DNA of 60,671 bases from assembly GCA_903832395.1 (NCBI GenBank), contig CAILBF010000149.1, positions 1 through 60,671 of the forward strand, written 5' to 3'. Position numbers and translations under genes: made by a program. Shown here piece after piece: positions 19,119 through 28,920 of the stretch (the first letter of the stretch is position 1; each line of letters starts with the position of its first letter). The notes under the pieces were generated by a model. That model ran no database searches, had not been told where the DNA came from, and worked only from the letters and a program-made list of their open reading frames with translations. The stretch is from an uncultured Actinomycetes bacterium (GTDB lineage Bacteria; Actinomycetota; Actinomycetes; Nanopelagicales; Nanopelagicaceae).

Positions 19119-20606
19119 TCATAGGAAGTTAAAGTTAAGGTGTTTGATGTTTGTGAAACAACGAAGAGCTTCCTCGCCAGTCTCGCGACCGAGACCGCTC
19201 TGTTTAACTCCACCGAATGGTGCGTTGATGTCCCAATCCATGTTGCCGCGATTAATGACGACTACTCCTGCCTCAAGCTGCTCGCTGAAGAGCCACGCTC
19301 GATTTAATGATTTTGTAAAGACTGCCATCTGGAGTCCGTACTGAGAATCATTTGCGATATCCAGTGCCTCTTGATCAGTCTTGAACTTCATGACTGGAGC
19401 AACTGGGCCGAAGGTTTCATCTCGAGCGATATCCATGTCTGGAGTTACACCGATCAAAACCGTTGGCTCGTGATAGAGGCCATCGTGGCCGCCACCAAAA
19501 ACAACGGTTGCACCCTTTGCTTTAGCATCGGCGATGTGTGCCAAGCTCTTAGCAAGAATGCGCTCATTAATGAGTGGTCCCATTTGCGTATCTTCATCGA
19601 ATGGATTACCCACTTTAATTTCTGCAGAACGTGCAACTAATTTAGCGACAAACTCATCATGAACGGATTCATGAACAAGAATTCGCTCAGATGCGACACA
19701 CACTTGACCGGCAACGTAATAACATCCGACGACAGCTCCCTCAACTGCTGCATCAATGTCAGCATCATCCATAACGATCAGTGGACCATTGCCTCCGCAT
19801 TCGAGCATAAGGCGCTTCATCGGTGCATTGCGGGCAATCTTGTCTCCGACGGCGCTGCTACCAATGAGGGCAACAAAGCCGACCTCTTTGTGAGCAACAA
19901 GGTTTTCACCGATGTCGCCTCCACCGTAAAGGAGATTGACGGTTCCGGCCGGGAATCCAGCTTCCATAAATGCTTCAGTAACAATGAAGGGTGTGTAAGG
20001 AGAGAATTCACTTGGCTTCCACACTGTTGTATTACCCATCATGAGCGCCCCTGCGACATTCAAAATCATTTCAGCGGGAAAGTTCCACGGTGAAAGAAAT
20101 GCGCCGACACCAATAGGGTCGAACTGAGTGAGCACTCTGCGATTTGGGTGCTGCGGCATGATACTTCCAGCGGCAGAACCTTGCATTCGTAGCGCATCTT
20201 CGGCAGCTGCCCGAATGCAATTCACGGTAATGCTGAAGATAACTTCATGACGAGCTTCATCGATGGTCTTGCCCATCTCCCCTGTCATCATTCGGGAAAT
20301 TTCTTCTCCTCGACGAAGGACTGCATCTGCGGCAGCGTGCATCATCTTCGCCTTGGTCATCATGGGCACTGCGGCCCACTTCTTCTGTGCTGCGCGCGCA
20401 GCCTTGGCCGCGGCATCAACCTGCGCCAAACTGGCATATCTGACTTGGGAGACAATCTCGCCATTTATCGGACTGTGAATATCGTGAAGTTCGCCCTCTC
20501 CTTCTACCCACTGGCCATTGATCAGACAGAGGGCGCGGTGAACGCCAACATTCGAATCGGCACCGATCGGACCGATTTGCTCTAACACACTGAGAGTGGA
20601 ACTCAC
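19119..20606 (-). CDS. Aldehyde dehydrogenase (paralogue of 17645-19087)
   Basis: PWNFP, WKPSE, LECGGNGP, GQVC and DETFGP motifs. Start refined to GTG 20606 after GAGGAGG. Confidence 0.93.
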   Translation of the reverse strand: MSSTLSVLEQIGPIGADSNVGVHRALCLINGQWVEGEGELHDIHSPINGEIVSQVRYASLAQVDAAAKAARAAQKKWAAVPMMTKAKMMHAAADAVLRRGEEISRMMTGEMGKTIDEARHEVIFSITVNCIRAAAEDALRMQGSAAGSIMPQHPNRRVLTQFDPIGVGAFLSPWNFPAEMILNVAGALMMGNTTVWKPSEFSPYTPFIVTEAFMEAGFPAGTVNLLYGGGDIGENLVAHKEVGFVALIGSSAVGDKIARNAPMKRLMLECGGNGPLIVMDDADIDAAVEGAVVGCYYVAGQVCVASERILVHESVHDEFVAKLVARSAEIKVGNPFDEDTQMGPLINERILAKSLAHIADAKAKGATVVFGGGHDGLYHEPTVLIGVTPDMDIARDETFGPVAPVMKFKTDQEALDIANDSQYGLQMAVFTKSLNRAWLFSEQLEAGVVVINRGNMDWDINAPFGGVKQSGLGRETGEEALRCFTNIKHLNFNFL

Positions 20607-20769
20607 GGCGGCTAACCTCCTCTTTGTCGGGTCAATCAACTATAAGGAAGGTAGTTTCCTACTAAGCTGACATCCATTCCGATGGCCAGTTACGCCATTT
20701 AAGTCAGAAAACTTAAATAGTTAACGGCCAATGTGAGGAAAGGTTAGGACCAGGGTTACCCGTCGTCCA

Positions 20770-20816
20770 CTGTGCAAACAAGAGAATTATTGCCACTTTG
20801 TTGTATCTAGAGCCAA
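20770..20816. promoter_or_regulatory. Paired putative PucR boxes for the ALDH-aminotransferase-beta-oxidation operon
   Basis: CTGT-GCAAACAA-GAGA (20770-20785) and TTGT-ATCTAGAG-CCAA (20801-20816). A minus-strand -10 (TAACCT) is at 20741-20746. Confidence 0.5.
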
Positions 20817-20886
20817 GTGGCATTTAGCCCCGCTAATGATCCCGCGCACAGCACCTAGTACTTCTCGCTGTAAGCAACGGCGGGAT

Positions 20887-20902
20887 TCGTGCCTTTGCAC
20901 CA
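20887..20902. promoter_or_regulatory. Putative PucR box for the plus-strand CoA ligase
   Basis: TCGT-GCCTTTGC-ACCA lies 23 nt before CACTCT (20926-20931), which is 7 nt before ATG 20939. Confidence 0.45.
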
Positions 20903-20938
20903 TTGCTTATCCTCTGCCAAACATCCACTCTTACCCTC

Positions 20939-22534
20939 ATGAATACTGAGCTGACACGTTTGCGCGCGCCATTAGGGGAAATTTTGGAACGTCGCGCCGT
21001 CGAATTCGCCGACTCTTTGCTCCTGCGAACTATCGATCTTGATGGTCAGGTCATTGCCTCGTATACCTACGATGAGTTCAATCGATACGTAAATCGACTT
21101 GCTCACGGCTTTAGCGCTTTAGGGCTTGTGGCTGGAGATCATGCTGTCATCATGCTGGCCAACTCTGCCGAGCACTTGGCAGTCCAATATGCATTAGTAA
21201 AACTCGGTGTAATCAAGGTTGAAATCAACGTAGATTTTCGTGGTATTCCGCTAGAACACACCATAAAGTTAACGGGCTCAGCTGTGCTTATTACGGAGAA
21301 TCAATACCTAGAGCCAATCGCCGAATCACTCAATGGGCTTGGGCAACTTAAAAATTGCGTGCTCACTGATAGAGCTGCATCTATACCAACTTCGTTGCAG
21401 GGATTGGATTTTCGCGTATTGAACGAGGTGGCCAGTAGCCGTGAAGAAAATCCGGACCAGGTAGTAACTGATGACCTCATGCCCGAGGTAATTGTTTTCA
21501 CCTCGGGTTCGACTGGATTATCCAAAGGCTGCATTCTCTCTCACCGCCGCAATGTCTGCTCCGCACTTGCCGCAATTGAGTGTCTTGGCCTCAATGCCTC
21601 TGATCGACTCTTTACTCCATATCCGGTTTACCATGTTGGGTTTCAAGCCAGCGAGTTCTTACCCATGCTTCTTGTCGGCGGAAGTGCGGTGATTGCACCG
21701 CGCTTTAGTGCATCTCGATTCTGGCAGCAAGTATCCGACAACGGCATCACCTGGCTAACGCTTCAGGGCTCGGTCAGTCGAATTCTGTGGGATCGAGAAA
21801 GTGAAGCAATTGAACGAGAGCACAAACTTCGAATCACGTGGGGAACTCCGCTTCTAGTTGATGCAGAGGAATGGAAGGCTCGCTTTGGTCATCCAGTACT
21901 CACGGAGGGGTTGTGGGGAATGAGTGAAACTGGAATCGCTCTAACGTCGGCACCATTGGGCTCTAAGCTACGCGGAGGTGCAGTTCGAAGCACGCATGAA
22001 ATTAAGGTAGTCAATGATGCCGATGAATCAATGCCCAATGGAGAGTCGGGCGAGATAGTTGTGCGTCCACGCGAACCTGGCGTAATTTTCGATGGTTATT
22101 TTGGTAACGATGAAGCGACTGTTAAAGCCTGGCGTCACTTATGGTTTCATACTGGAGATCTAGGCCGTTTCAATAGCGACGGACGTCTTGAATACTTGGG
22201 TCGCTCATCTGGACGAGTCAGAGTCCGCGGTCATCAAGTTTCAACGACTGAGGTCGAACAGGCAATAATCGCTCATGAAGGAGTTGCTCACTGCGTCGTT
22301 CTAGGTTCACCCAGTGCAATGGGTGATGAGGATCTGCATGCATTTATTGAACTACATTCTGAAATGGCCGTTACGGAAATAGAAGTGCGAGCCCACCTTC
22401 AAGGTAAGTTAGCTCGTTACATGATGCCGACATCAATTACATTCCTATCGGCACTCCCCAAGACTGGAACTGGAAAGTACGCCATCGGGGAACTTCGCGC
22501 GCTTGTACCTTCAACGGTCAATGTTGAAAAATAA
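20939..22534 (+). CDS. Acyl-CoA ligase, crotonobetaine/carnitine-CoA ligase (CaiC)-like
   Basis: FTSGSTG.SKG, RFSASRFW, GMSE, GEIVVRP..PG..F.GY, WFHTGDLG and LPKT.TGK motifs; start refined to ATG 20939. Confidence 0.88.
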   Translation: MNTELTRLRAPLGEILERRAVEFADSLLLRTIDLDGQVIASYTYDEFNRYVNRLAHGFSALGLVAGDHAVIMLANSAEHLAVQYALVKLGVIKVEINVDFRGIPLEHTIKLTGSAVLITENQYLEPIAESLNGLGQLKNCVLTDRAASIPTSLQGLDFRVLNEVASSREENPDQVVTDDLMPEVIVFTSGSTGLSKGCILSHRRNVCSALAAIECLGLNASDRLFTPYPVYHVGFQASEFLPMLLVGGSAVIAPRFSASRFWQQVSDNGITWLTLQGSVSRILWDRESEAIEREHKLRITWGTPLLVDAEEWKARFGHPVLTEGLWGMSETGIALTSAPLGSKLRGGAVRSTHEIKVVNDADESMPNGESGEIVVRPREPGVIFDGYFGNDEATVKAWRHLWFHTGDLGRFNSDGRLEYLGRSSGRVRVRGHQVSTTEVEQAIIAHEGVAHCVVLGSPSAMGDEDLHAFIELHSEMAVTEIEVRAHLQGKLARYMMPTSITFLSALPKTGTGKYAIGELRALVPSTVNVEK

Positions 22535-22547
22535 TTAATTTCTGCAG

Positions 22548-23525
22548 TTAGTTTTGATGTTCACTCGGTGATAGCGCAATAAGAAGTTCGCGTAACTCTT
22601 CTGCGCCACACAGTGGAGCCAAAATTAGTGTGTCCACTCCAGCTACAGCAAATGCGCGCAGTTGAGTTTTCATCTCTTCGGGTTCGCCAAAGACGACGAT
22701 TTCGCGAAGAAAACTCTCGGGAATTAACTCTGCCGCTAAGGCTTTATCCCGCGCCGCCCATGCATCCTGCGCAGGCTTAAGAAGGTCACCCCAACCATGG
22801 GAGGCATAAAACTCAATATAAGGTGGAGCGCCAAGAAGTTGTGAAAGCCAACCGCGCGCTTGCTCTAATGCTTCCTTTTCGGGTCCAGGTATGCACCAGA
22901 TTCGGGCTGCGAGTTCAACGCTTCCAGCACTTCGTCCAGCTTGGCTTTGCGCATCTTGAATTGCTTCGCGAATCTTTCCGATCGCACTTACTGGAGTGGA
23001 AGTAATTAATGCAATATCGGCAACTTCTCCCGCCAGCGCAATCATCTTGCTTCCTAAACATCCGATGGCGATAGGTATCGGCGCCTTAGGTAAACGTTCA
23101 AGTTTGAAACCACCATCAAGGCGGCCGCCTGACCAGAGTTCACGCAACTCCAGGATGGTTTTGCGCATCTTAGCCAGCGGTTTTTCCCATGAGATTCCAT
23201 GCCACGACTCCACCATTACTTTGGTAGATGAGCCGAGTCCTAAACAAAAATTGCCCTTCGAAAGTTCTGCCATGGCCACAGAAGTTTGCGCTAAAACACC
23301 CACAGGTCGAGTAAACGTGTTAACAATTCCAGTAGCGAGCCGGACCCTCGGGGCCAAAACACTTGCCGCGCCTAAAATCGTGAAAGCATCGGCGCCATTC
23401 GCCTCTGAACTCCAGATATCGTCATATCCAAGATTACCGATTAACGATATGAGGTCGTGATGCTCATCGAGAGTGATTCCCGGAAACGGGACCGTCATTC
23501 CCCATCTAATCGAGCGCTCTGCCAT
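22548..23525 (-). CDS. LLM-class oxidoreductase, probably F420-dependent
   Basis: GYDDIW.SE...DAF, LATGIV..FTR and LGLG.S motifs; F420 genes in the same island. Confidence 0.8.
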   Translation of the reverse strand: MAERSIRWGMTVPFPGITLDEHHDLISLIGNLGYDDIWSSEANGADAFTILGAASVLAPRVRLATGIVNTFTRPVGVLAQTSVAMAELSKGNFCLGLGSSTKVMVESWHGISWEKPLAKMRKTILELRELWSGGRLDGGFKLERLPKAPIPIAIGCLGSKMIALAGEVADIALITSTPVSAIGKIREAIQDAQSQAGRSAGSVELAARIWCIPGPEKEALEQARGWLSQLLGAPPYIEFYASHGWGDLLKPAQDAWAARDKALAAELIPESFLREIVVFGEPEEMKTQLRAFAVAGVDTLILAPLCGAEELRELLIALSPSEHQN

Positions 23526-23565
23526 CTAGGAAATCTCCTCTAGTAATCTATTAACGTCACCAAAA

Positions 23566-24396
23566 TTAGCGACTTGTTGCGTCTTTGCGTCCCTGCATGT
23601 ACGCATCGGCGATTAGGTTTACTGAAATTGTCAAAAGTGCCAAGAGTATGGCTGGGGCTAATACTGAGAGTAAGTTAACTTGAATAAACATCTTATTTTC
23701 GGCGACCATCAAACCCCAGTCTGCAGCCGGTGGCTGAAGTCCCACACCTAAGAAATTCATCGCTGCAATTCCAAGGATTGCATATGTAAATCGAACACCA
23801 GCATCGGCAATAACTGAAGAGGAAATGCTGGGCAATACTTCATGGTGCAAAATCCAAGCTGTTCGCTCGCCTCGAGCGATCGCAGCCTCAACATAGCCAC
23901 GAGTTGAAACTTCAAGGGTTGCAGAGTAAATAATGCGAATAGAGCTTCCAACTAGTGCCAACATAACGCCTACAACTAAGACCCAGATTTGTGTCCCGAC
24001 CGCTGTAATGAATACAAGTACAAGAAGCAAAGCGGGAAAGGCCAATAACACATCAGTGCTGCGCATAAGCCACGTATCCCAACGCCCGCGTTTAAATCCT
24101 GCAAAGAGACCGATTGGAAGTGCGACAAGATATGTCAGAATTGAAACTGTTGCCCCGAGCCACAACACGGTAAATCCCCCGTGAAGCACACGGCTAAGAA
24201 CATCTCGACCTAGGCCATCAGTTCCTAGCAAAGCATCAGAGGATGGACCGGATCCAGGCATTCCGACAATATCTGTAATGGAGTGCGGTGATAAAAAACG
24301 ACCAAGCAATGCCACTGCTATTACGAAGATCAGCATAACCAGTCCAGTTTGACCAGAGCGCTGCTTTGCTATTGAACGTAGAGATGAGTTTTTCAT
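23566..24396 (-). CDS. Peptide/nickel ABC permease (DppC/OppC-like)
   Basis: LLGTDGLGRDVLSR, YVEAAIARG and FLGVG.QPP.ADWG motifs. Confidence 0.9.
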   Translation of the reverse strand: MKNSSLRSIAKQRSGQTGLVMLIFVIAVALLGRFLSPHSITDIVGMPGSGPSSDALLGTDGLGRDVLSRVLHGGFTVLWLGATVSILTYLVALPIGLFAGFKRGRWDTWLMRSTDVLLAFPALLLVLVFITAVGTQIWVLVVGVMLALVGSSIRIIYSATLEVSTRGYVEAAIARGERTAWILHHEVLPSISSSVIADAGVRFTYAILGIAAMNFLGVGLQPPAADWGLMVAENKMFIQVNLLSVLAPAILLALLTISVNLIADAYMQGRKDATSR

Positions 24397-25427
24397 AGTG
24401 TGTTCCTCAAACGTGGAGTAGCCAGGACAACAATGAGATCGGCCAACATATTGATAGTGATATAGCTAGCGGCGAGTATGAGCGAGACCGAAGCAACTAC
24501 TGGAACGTCACGGGTTTTCACCGCAGCAACGAGAATAGTTCCAATCCCTGGGTATGCAAAGACCGCCTCGACAACGATTAGTCCCCCAATCATGTATCGA
24601 AAATTTGCTGCAAGCACTTGCACGCTGGTGGTCATTGCATTACGTAATGCATAACTCCACAGCACTGTTCGTTCAGAGTATCCATTGAGCCGAGCCATAC
24701 TCACATAATCCTGCTGTAGAACATCGATCATATTTGCCCGGATCATGCGAATAGCTGCTGAGCCAACCGCTCCCAGAAGAACTGCGATAGGAAGCACAAG
24801 TCCGGCAGGATTACTCCATGGGGCGGCGTCACCAAACACGCCACTCGTTGGCGGAAGCAGATGCAACCACACAAAGAAAACTGCAATCATGAATGCGCCA
24901 AAAACAAATTCAGGTAACGATCCGATGGCTAGCGTGATGACAGAGATAGCTCGATCAATTTTGCGCCCCGACCGAACTGCCGCAAGCATCCCAAGTGAAA
25001 GACTAAGCGGTAAGAAAATTATCATCGAGATGACGGCAAGAAAGAAACTATTAAATAGCGGAGTTGCGATGATCTTTGAGATTTCTGGAGTTGCACCATC
25101 ATGCACAACTATGGCCGCTGAATTACCGAGATCGCCAGTCAAAATTCCGCCTAGCCACTGTAGGTACCTGATTAAGACAGGTTGATCAAGCCCGAGTTTG
25201 GTCTGGAGTATGGCCAGACTTTCAGGGGTGGCATCTCTACCAAGTGCTAGCTCGGCCATGTTGCCTGGAAGCAGGTTCGTAGCAAAGAAGACCACAGCTG
25301 ATACAACCAAGAGAATAATCACGCTGGCGAAGATGCGGCGTACCATGAAAGCAGCCACTGGATGGCGACGACGAATACTTCGAATCAAGTTGCCACGTGT
25401 TTTCAATCCCGAAGTTACTGCACTCAT
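24393..25427 (-). CDS. Peptide/nickel ABC permease (DppB/OppB-like)
   Basis: LGLDQP...RY..WL..GDLG.S, DYV.MARL.G and VEAVFAYPGIG motifs. Confidence 0.9.
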   Translation of the reverse strand: MSAVTSGLKTRGNLIRSIRRRHPVAAFMVRRIFASVIILLVVSAVVFFATNLLPGNMAELALGRDATPESLAILQTKLGLDQPVLIRYLQWLGGILTGDLGNSAAIVVHDGATPEISKIIATPLFNSFFLAVISMIIFLPLSLSLGMLAAVRSGRKIDRAISVITLAIGSLPEFVFGAFMIAVFFVWLHLLPPTSGVFGDAAPWSNPAGLVLPIAVLLGAVGSAAIRMIRANMIDVLQQDYVSMARLNGYSERTVLWSYALRNAMTTSVQVLAANFRYMIGGLIVVEAVFAYPGIGTILVAAVKTRDVPVVASVSLILAASYITINMLADLIVVLATPRLRNTL

Positions 25428-27238
25428 TATTTCACTCCGATTCTGGAGCCGAGGCCCCCCTCTGCTGTGGGCAGTGTTGGCGCCGCAGCTAATAGTTGGC
25501 GGGTGTAGTCATGGACAGGATTACCGAGGACATCGCCTGTGAATCCCTGTTCGCAAATCTCACCGCGCTCTAGCACAAGCACACGATCGGCAACGCTGGC
25601 GACCACGCCGAGATCATGCGTGATGAATAGCAAACTTAGTGTGACTTCATGGCGAAGCTCTCGAAGAAGTTCTAGAACTGCTGCCTGCACGGAGACATCA
25701 AGGGCGGACGTGATTTCATCACAGATAATAATTTCAGGTTTGGCTGCGAGTGCGCGAGCTATCGCAACACGTTGGCGTTCGCCTCCCGAAATCTGTGATG
25801 GATAGCGTGAGCTAAGTGTTGAAGATAGGCGCACCAGTTCAAGCAAATCGCGAGCTTCTCGTCGTGCATCGTGATCGCTCAATCCTCGTAACAGTCGAGC
25901 AGGACGCGCAAGGGCCGTTTCAATCGTATGCAGAGGGTTCAGCGCTTCCATTGGATTCTGGAATACGATCTGCACTTTTCGCCGAGCCTCTAGTGAACGC
26001 TTCTGTGCTAAAACTGCAATCGACTTACCATCGAGAATGACATCGCCCGATGAGATTGGATGCAAGCCAGCTATCGCTCGGGCAACAGTAGTTTTGCCGC
26101 TTCCTGATCCCCCCACTAACGCCACGCACTCGCCTTCGCCAATATTGAAACTGATGTCATGCGCGGCTACAACAATCTCTTTAGCTGTCCTGTGCTCTGC
26201 CGTTAAATTTTTGACTTCGATAATAGCTCGTCTATCCGAATTCTTACGTGCAGAAAGCAGTTCATGAGTTGTAGCAATTGATGAAGCAGATGTCCAGTTC
26301 CAGCAGCGCACTTCACGATCGGGCATGACCGTATCTAGTGATGGTTCTTCTGATGCACATTTATCATTTGCCAACGGACATCGCGTATGGAATGTACAAC
26401 CCAGTGGTCTTTCCGAAATACCTGCCGCACGTCCTGGCATTGCTTCGAGTCGCTTTGGATTTCGATAATCAGGAATAGATGATACGAGCCCAACACTGTA
26501 TGGATGTTTTGGATCCGTCAAAACAGCATTAGCGGTACCTACTTCAACGATTCGACCTGCGTACATCACAGCAATTCGATCAGCAATAGATGCAACCGTT
26601 GCTAAATCATGAGAGATATAGATAATGGATATACCCAGTTCTTCGCGCAATCTTCCAAGCTCTGCGATGACCTTTGCCTGAGTTATTACATCCAACCCAG
26701 TCGTTGGTTCATCGAGAACGACAACTGGCTGTTCGCCAACGATAGCGATTGCCATACATACTCGTTGTTGTTGCCCTCCAGAGAGTTGGCTAGGGAAACG
26801 ACGCTGGAATCCAAGCATTTCAGGCAAACTTACCCGCTCAAATGTTTGACTGATGAGATCATCACTGACAGGACGCTTATGTTGAAGCAACATATCTCGC
26901 ACGGATTTTCCAATTCGCAGCCCAGGATTCAAAGAGGTCCCTGGGTTCTGGGGTACATATGAAATCAATCGCCCACGAGCGCGGCGAAAATCATTTGGTG
27001 TGGATAGTGCTTCACCGCCGATGGAAAAATCCTCGAAGACCATATGCGTGCCGCCTGTGGCATCTCCAAATAAGGCACGGGCAAGGGTCGTCTTGCCGCT
27101 TCCGGACTCCCCGACTATGGCGAGAATTTCTCCGTGGTTTAAATCAAGGTCGATATCTTGGATTATTGGATCACCATTAGGCGCGTCAACGCGTAGCCCA
27201 GTCACGTGAATCAAAGCCGAGTTTTTAACTCCAGGCAT
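25427..27238 (-). CDS. Fused double ATPase (DppD+DppF-like) of the peptide ABC transporter
   Basis: Two Walker A motifs (GESGSGKT, GGSGSGKT), two SGG signatures, HPY motif and a GC.FH.RC Cys cluster. Confidence 0.92.
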   Translation of the reverse strand: MPGVKNSALIHVTGLRVDAPNGDPIIQDIDLDLNHGEILAIVGESGSGKTTLARALFGDATGGTHMVFEDFSIGGEALSTPNDFRRARGRLISYVPQNPGTSLNPGLRIGKSVRDMLLQHKRPVSDDLISQTFERVSLPEMLGFQRRFPSQLSGGQQQRVCMAIAIVGEQPVVVLDEPTTGLDVITQAKVIAELGRLREELGISIIYISHDLATVASIADRIAVMYAGRIVEVGTANAVLTDPKHPYSVGLVSSIPDYRNPKRLEAMPGRAAGISERPLGCTFHTRCPLANDKCASEEPSLDTVMPDREVRCWNWTSASSIATTHELLSARKNSDRRAIIEVKNLTAEHRTAKEIVVAAHDISFNIGEGECVALVGGSGSGKTTVARAIAGLHPISSGDVILDGKSIAVLAQKRSLEARRKVQIVFQNPMEALNPLHTIETALARPARLLRGLSDHDARREARDLLELVRLSSTLSSRYPSQISGGERQRVAIARALAAKPEIIICDEITSALDVSVQAAVLELLRELRHEVTLSLLFITHDLGVVASVADRVLVLERGEICEQGFTGDVLGNPVHDYTRQLLAAAPTLPTAEGGLGSRIGVK

Positions 27239-27293
27239 TGCTCATCTCACTTTCAAAGTACTTCATAATCTTTCAGCGAATGTAGATAGAAAA

Positions 27294-27335
27294 AATGGTA
27301 AGAGTGAAGCTCCCTCAAGCTTCACTCTTACCATT
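27294..27335 (-). terminator. Long intercistronic hairpin after the substrate-binding protein gene
   Basis: Perfect 18-bp stem AATGGTAAGAGTGAAGCT/AGCTTCACTCTTACCATT with a 6-nt loop, running into a U-tract on the minus strand. Confidence 0.8.
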
Positions 27336-27363
27336 CTATTACTTATTTATTTCTTTTTATTTC

Positions 27364-28920
27364 TTAGTCCATCCAGGCTTTGTAAAGTCGGGCTCCACTG
27401 AGGAACCAGTTTGAACCTGACGTGAGTCCACGAACACTCTTGTCGAGTGCATCAACGAACTGTGGTGTTCCATAAACTATGTAGCCACCGTTGTTGAACA
27501 TTTCAGTCTGAATTTCGGCCCACAGTGATGCTGCTTTAGCAGTATCAAGAGTCGAGCTTGCAGCTGCGACCTTCGCGGAGAAGGCTGCATCGCCGAAACC
27601 AGTTTCGTTGTATCCACCTTTACCAGTTGCGAGAGCATAGAAGCCCGCAAGAGTTGAAGCTGAATCCGACCACGTTGTCACACCCATTGGATATGGCCAT
27701 CCTGCTGAGGCTGAGAAGTATGTAGCTGCTTCAACCTTCTTCAAGATTACTGTCACGCCTGCTGCCTTAGCCTGAGCGGCAAAAAGCGTTCCCGCTTCAA
27801 GCTCTCCTGGTACTAGGTCGCAGATTGTCAGTGTTACTGTCAAGTCTGACTTGCCGGCTGCCTTCAAAAGCGCTTTTGCTTGAGCGATATCTTGGCCGCG
27901 AGTTAAGTTGCTTGCGAAATACTGAGTACCTTGACCTGGAAGATCGTTGCCGATCTTGAGGAAGCCTAGATAGGCATTTGACTTAATCTCATTACGGTTA
28001 GCGATGAGTTTTAATGCTAACGTCACGCGTGGATCATTAAATGGTGCAAGATCGGTGCGCATCGTGATTGCGTTCATGCCAAACCCGGTACTTGTAAGCA
28101 ATTTCTTGCCTGCACTCCGAACGATTGTGGCAGCTGAGAATGGAATTTGCATTGCAGCATCAATTTGTCCTGAGTCAAGGGCGTTCACCAACGCTGATGA
28201 ATCCGTGAAACTACTGTTGACAACAAGCTTGCTCAAGTGAAGCTTTGTTCTCCAGTAGTAAGGATTGGCCACGAAGTTATAAATTCCGCCAGGTGTCCAT
28301 GAAACGAGTTTGAATGGACCAGTACCTATTGGTAAGTCAAATCCTTTTCCTTCAGTACCATTCTTAATAAAGGATGCAAGTGTGCTTGCAAGTTGTGAAG
28401 GCAAAGCTGGATTAGCTGCCTTCATCGGAATTTGGATTGTTAGATTGTCAATCTTCTTGATTCCAGTAAAGTCAACCGAAGCCTTCAGGCCGCCGTTCAT
28501 TTTAAATGCCGACGTTGACCAAGTCTTGAATGTCCAGAGCATGTCATCTGCAGTTGCTTTTGAGCCATCTGACCACTTGATGTCAGGACGCAACTGAAGT
28601 GTCACAGTCAAGCCATCAGTACTAACAGAGTACTTTTTTAATACAGATAGTTCTGGAATTCCCGTATCACTAAATACAAAAAAGCGATCATAGAGTTGCG
28701 CCTTGCGCATCATCTCGCCATTAGTGGCATTAGATGCTGGACTCATACTTTCGCTTGTGCCACCAGACATTGTTCCGACGATTAGAGTGCCGCCATTTGT
28801 GATTCCGGCGGCGCCGGCTGTTCCTGTTGCACCAACACCGATGAGCAAGGCCATGGCTGTAACTCCCACAAGTGGAGCCACAGCGCGCCCTTGCCAGCGC
28901 GAAATTCTTAAAGCTTTCAT
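27364..28920 (-). CDS. Family 5 (peptide/nickel) ABC substrate-binding protein
   Basis: LRPDIKWSDG..TADD, IGTGPFKL..W.PG and APF.DPRV..ALKL motifs. Start refined to ATG 28920 after AAGGGAG. Confidence 0.9.
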   Translation of the reverse strand: MKALRISRWQGRAVAPLVGVTAMALLIGVGATGTAGAAGITNGGTLIVGTMSGGTSESMSPASNATNGEMMRKAQLYDRFFVFSDTGIPELSVLKKYSVSTDGLTVTLQLRPDIKWSDGSKATADDMLWTFKTWSTSAFKMNGGLKASVDFTGIKKIDNLTIQIPMKAANPALPSQLASTLASFIKNGTEGKGFDLPIGTGPFKLVSWTPGGIYNFVANPYYWRTKLHLSKLVVNSSFTDSSALVNALDSGQIDAAMQIPFSAATIVRSAGKKLLTSTGFGMNAITMRTDLAPFNDPRVTLALKLIANRNEIKSNAYLGFLKIGNDLPGQGTQYFASNLTRGQDIAQAKALLKAAGKSDLTVTLTICDLVPGELEAGTLFAAQAKAAGVTVILKKVEAATYFSASAGWPYPMGVTTWSDSASTLAGFYALATGKGGYNETGFGDAAFSAKVAAASSTLDTAKAASLWAEIQTEMFNNGGYIVYGTPQFVDALDKSVRGLTSGSNWFLSGARLYKAWMD

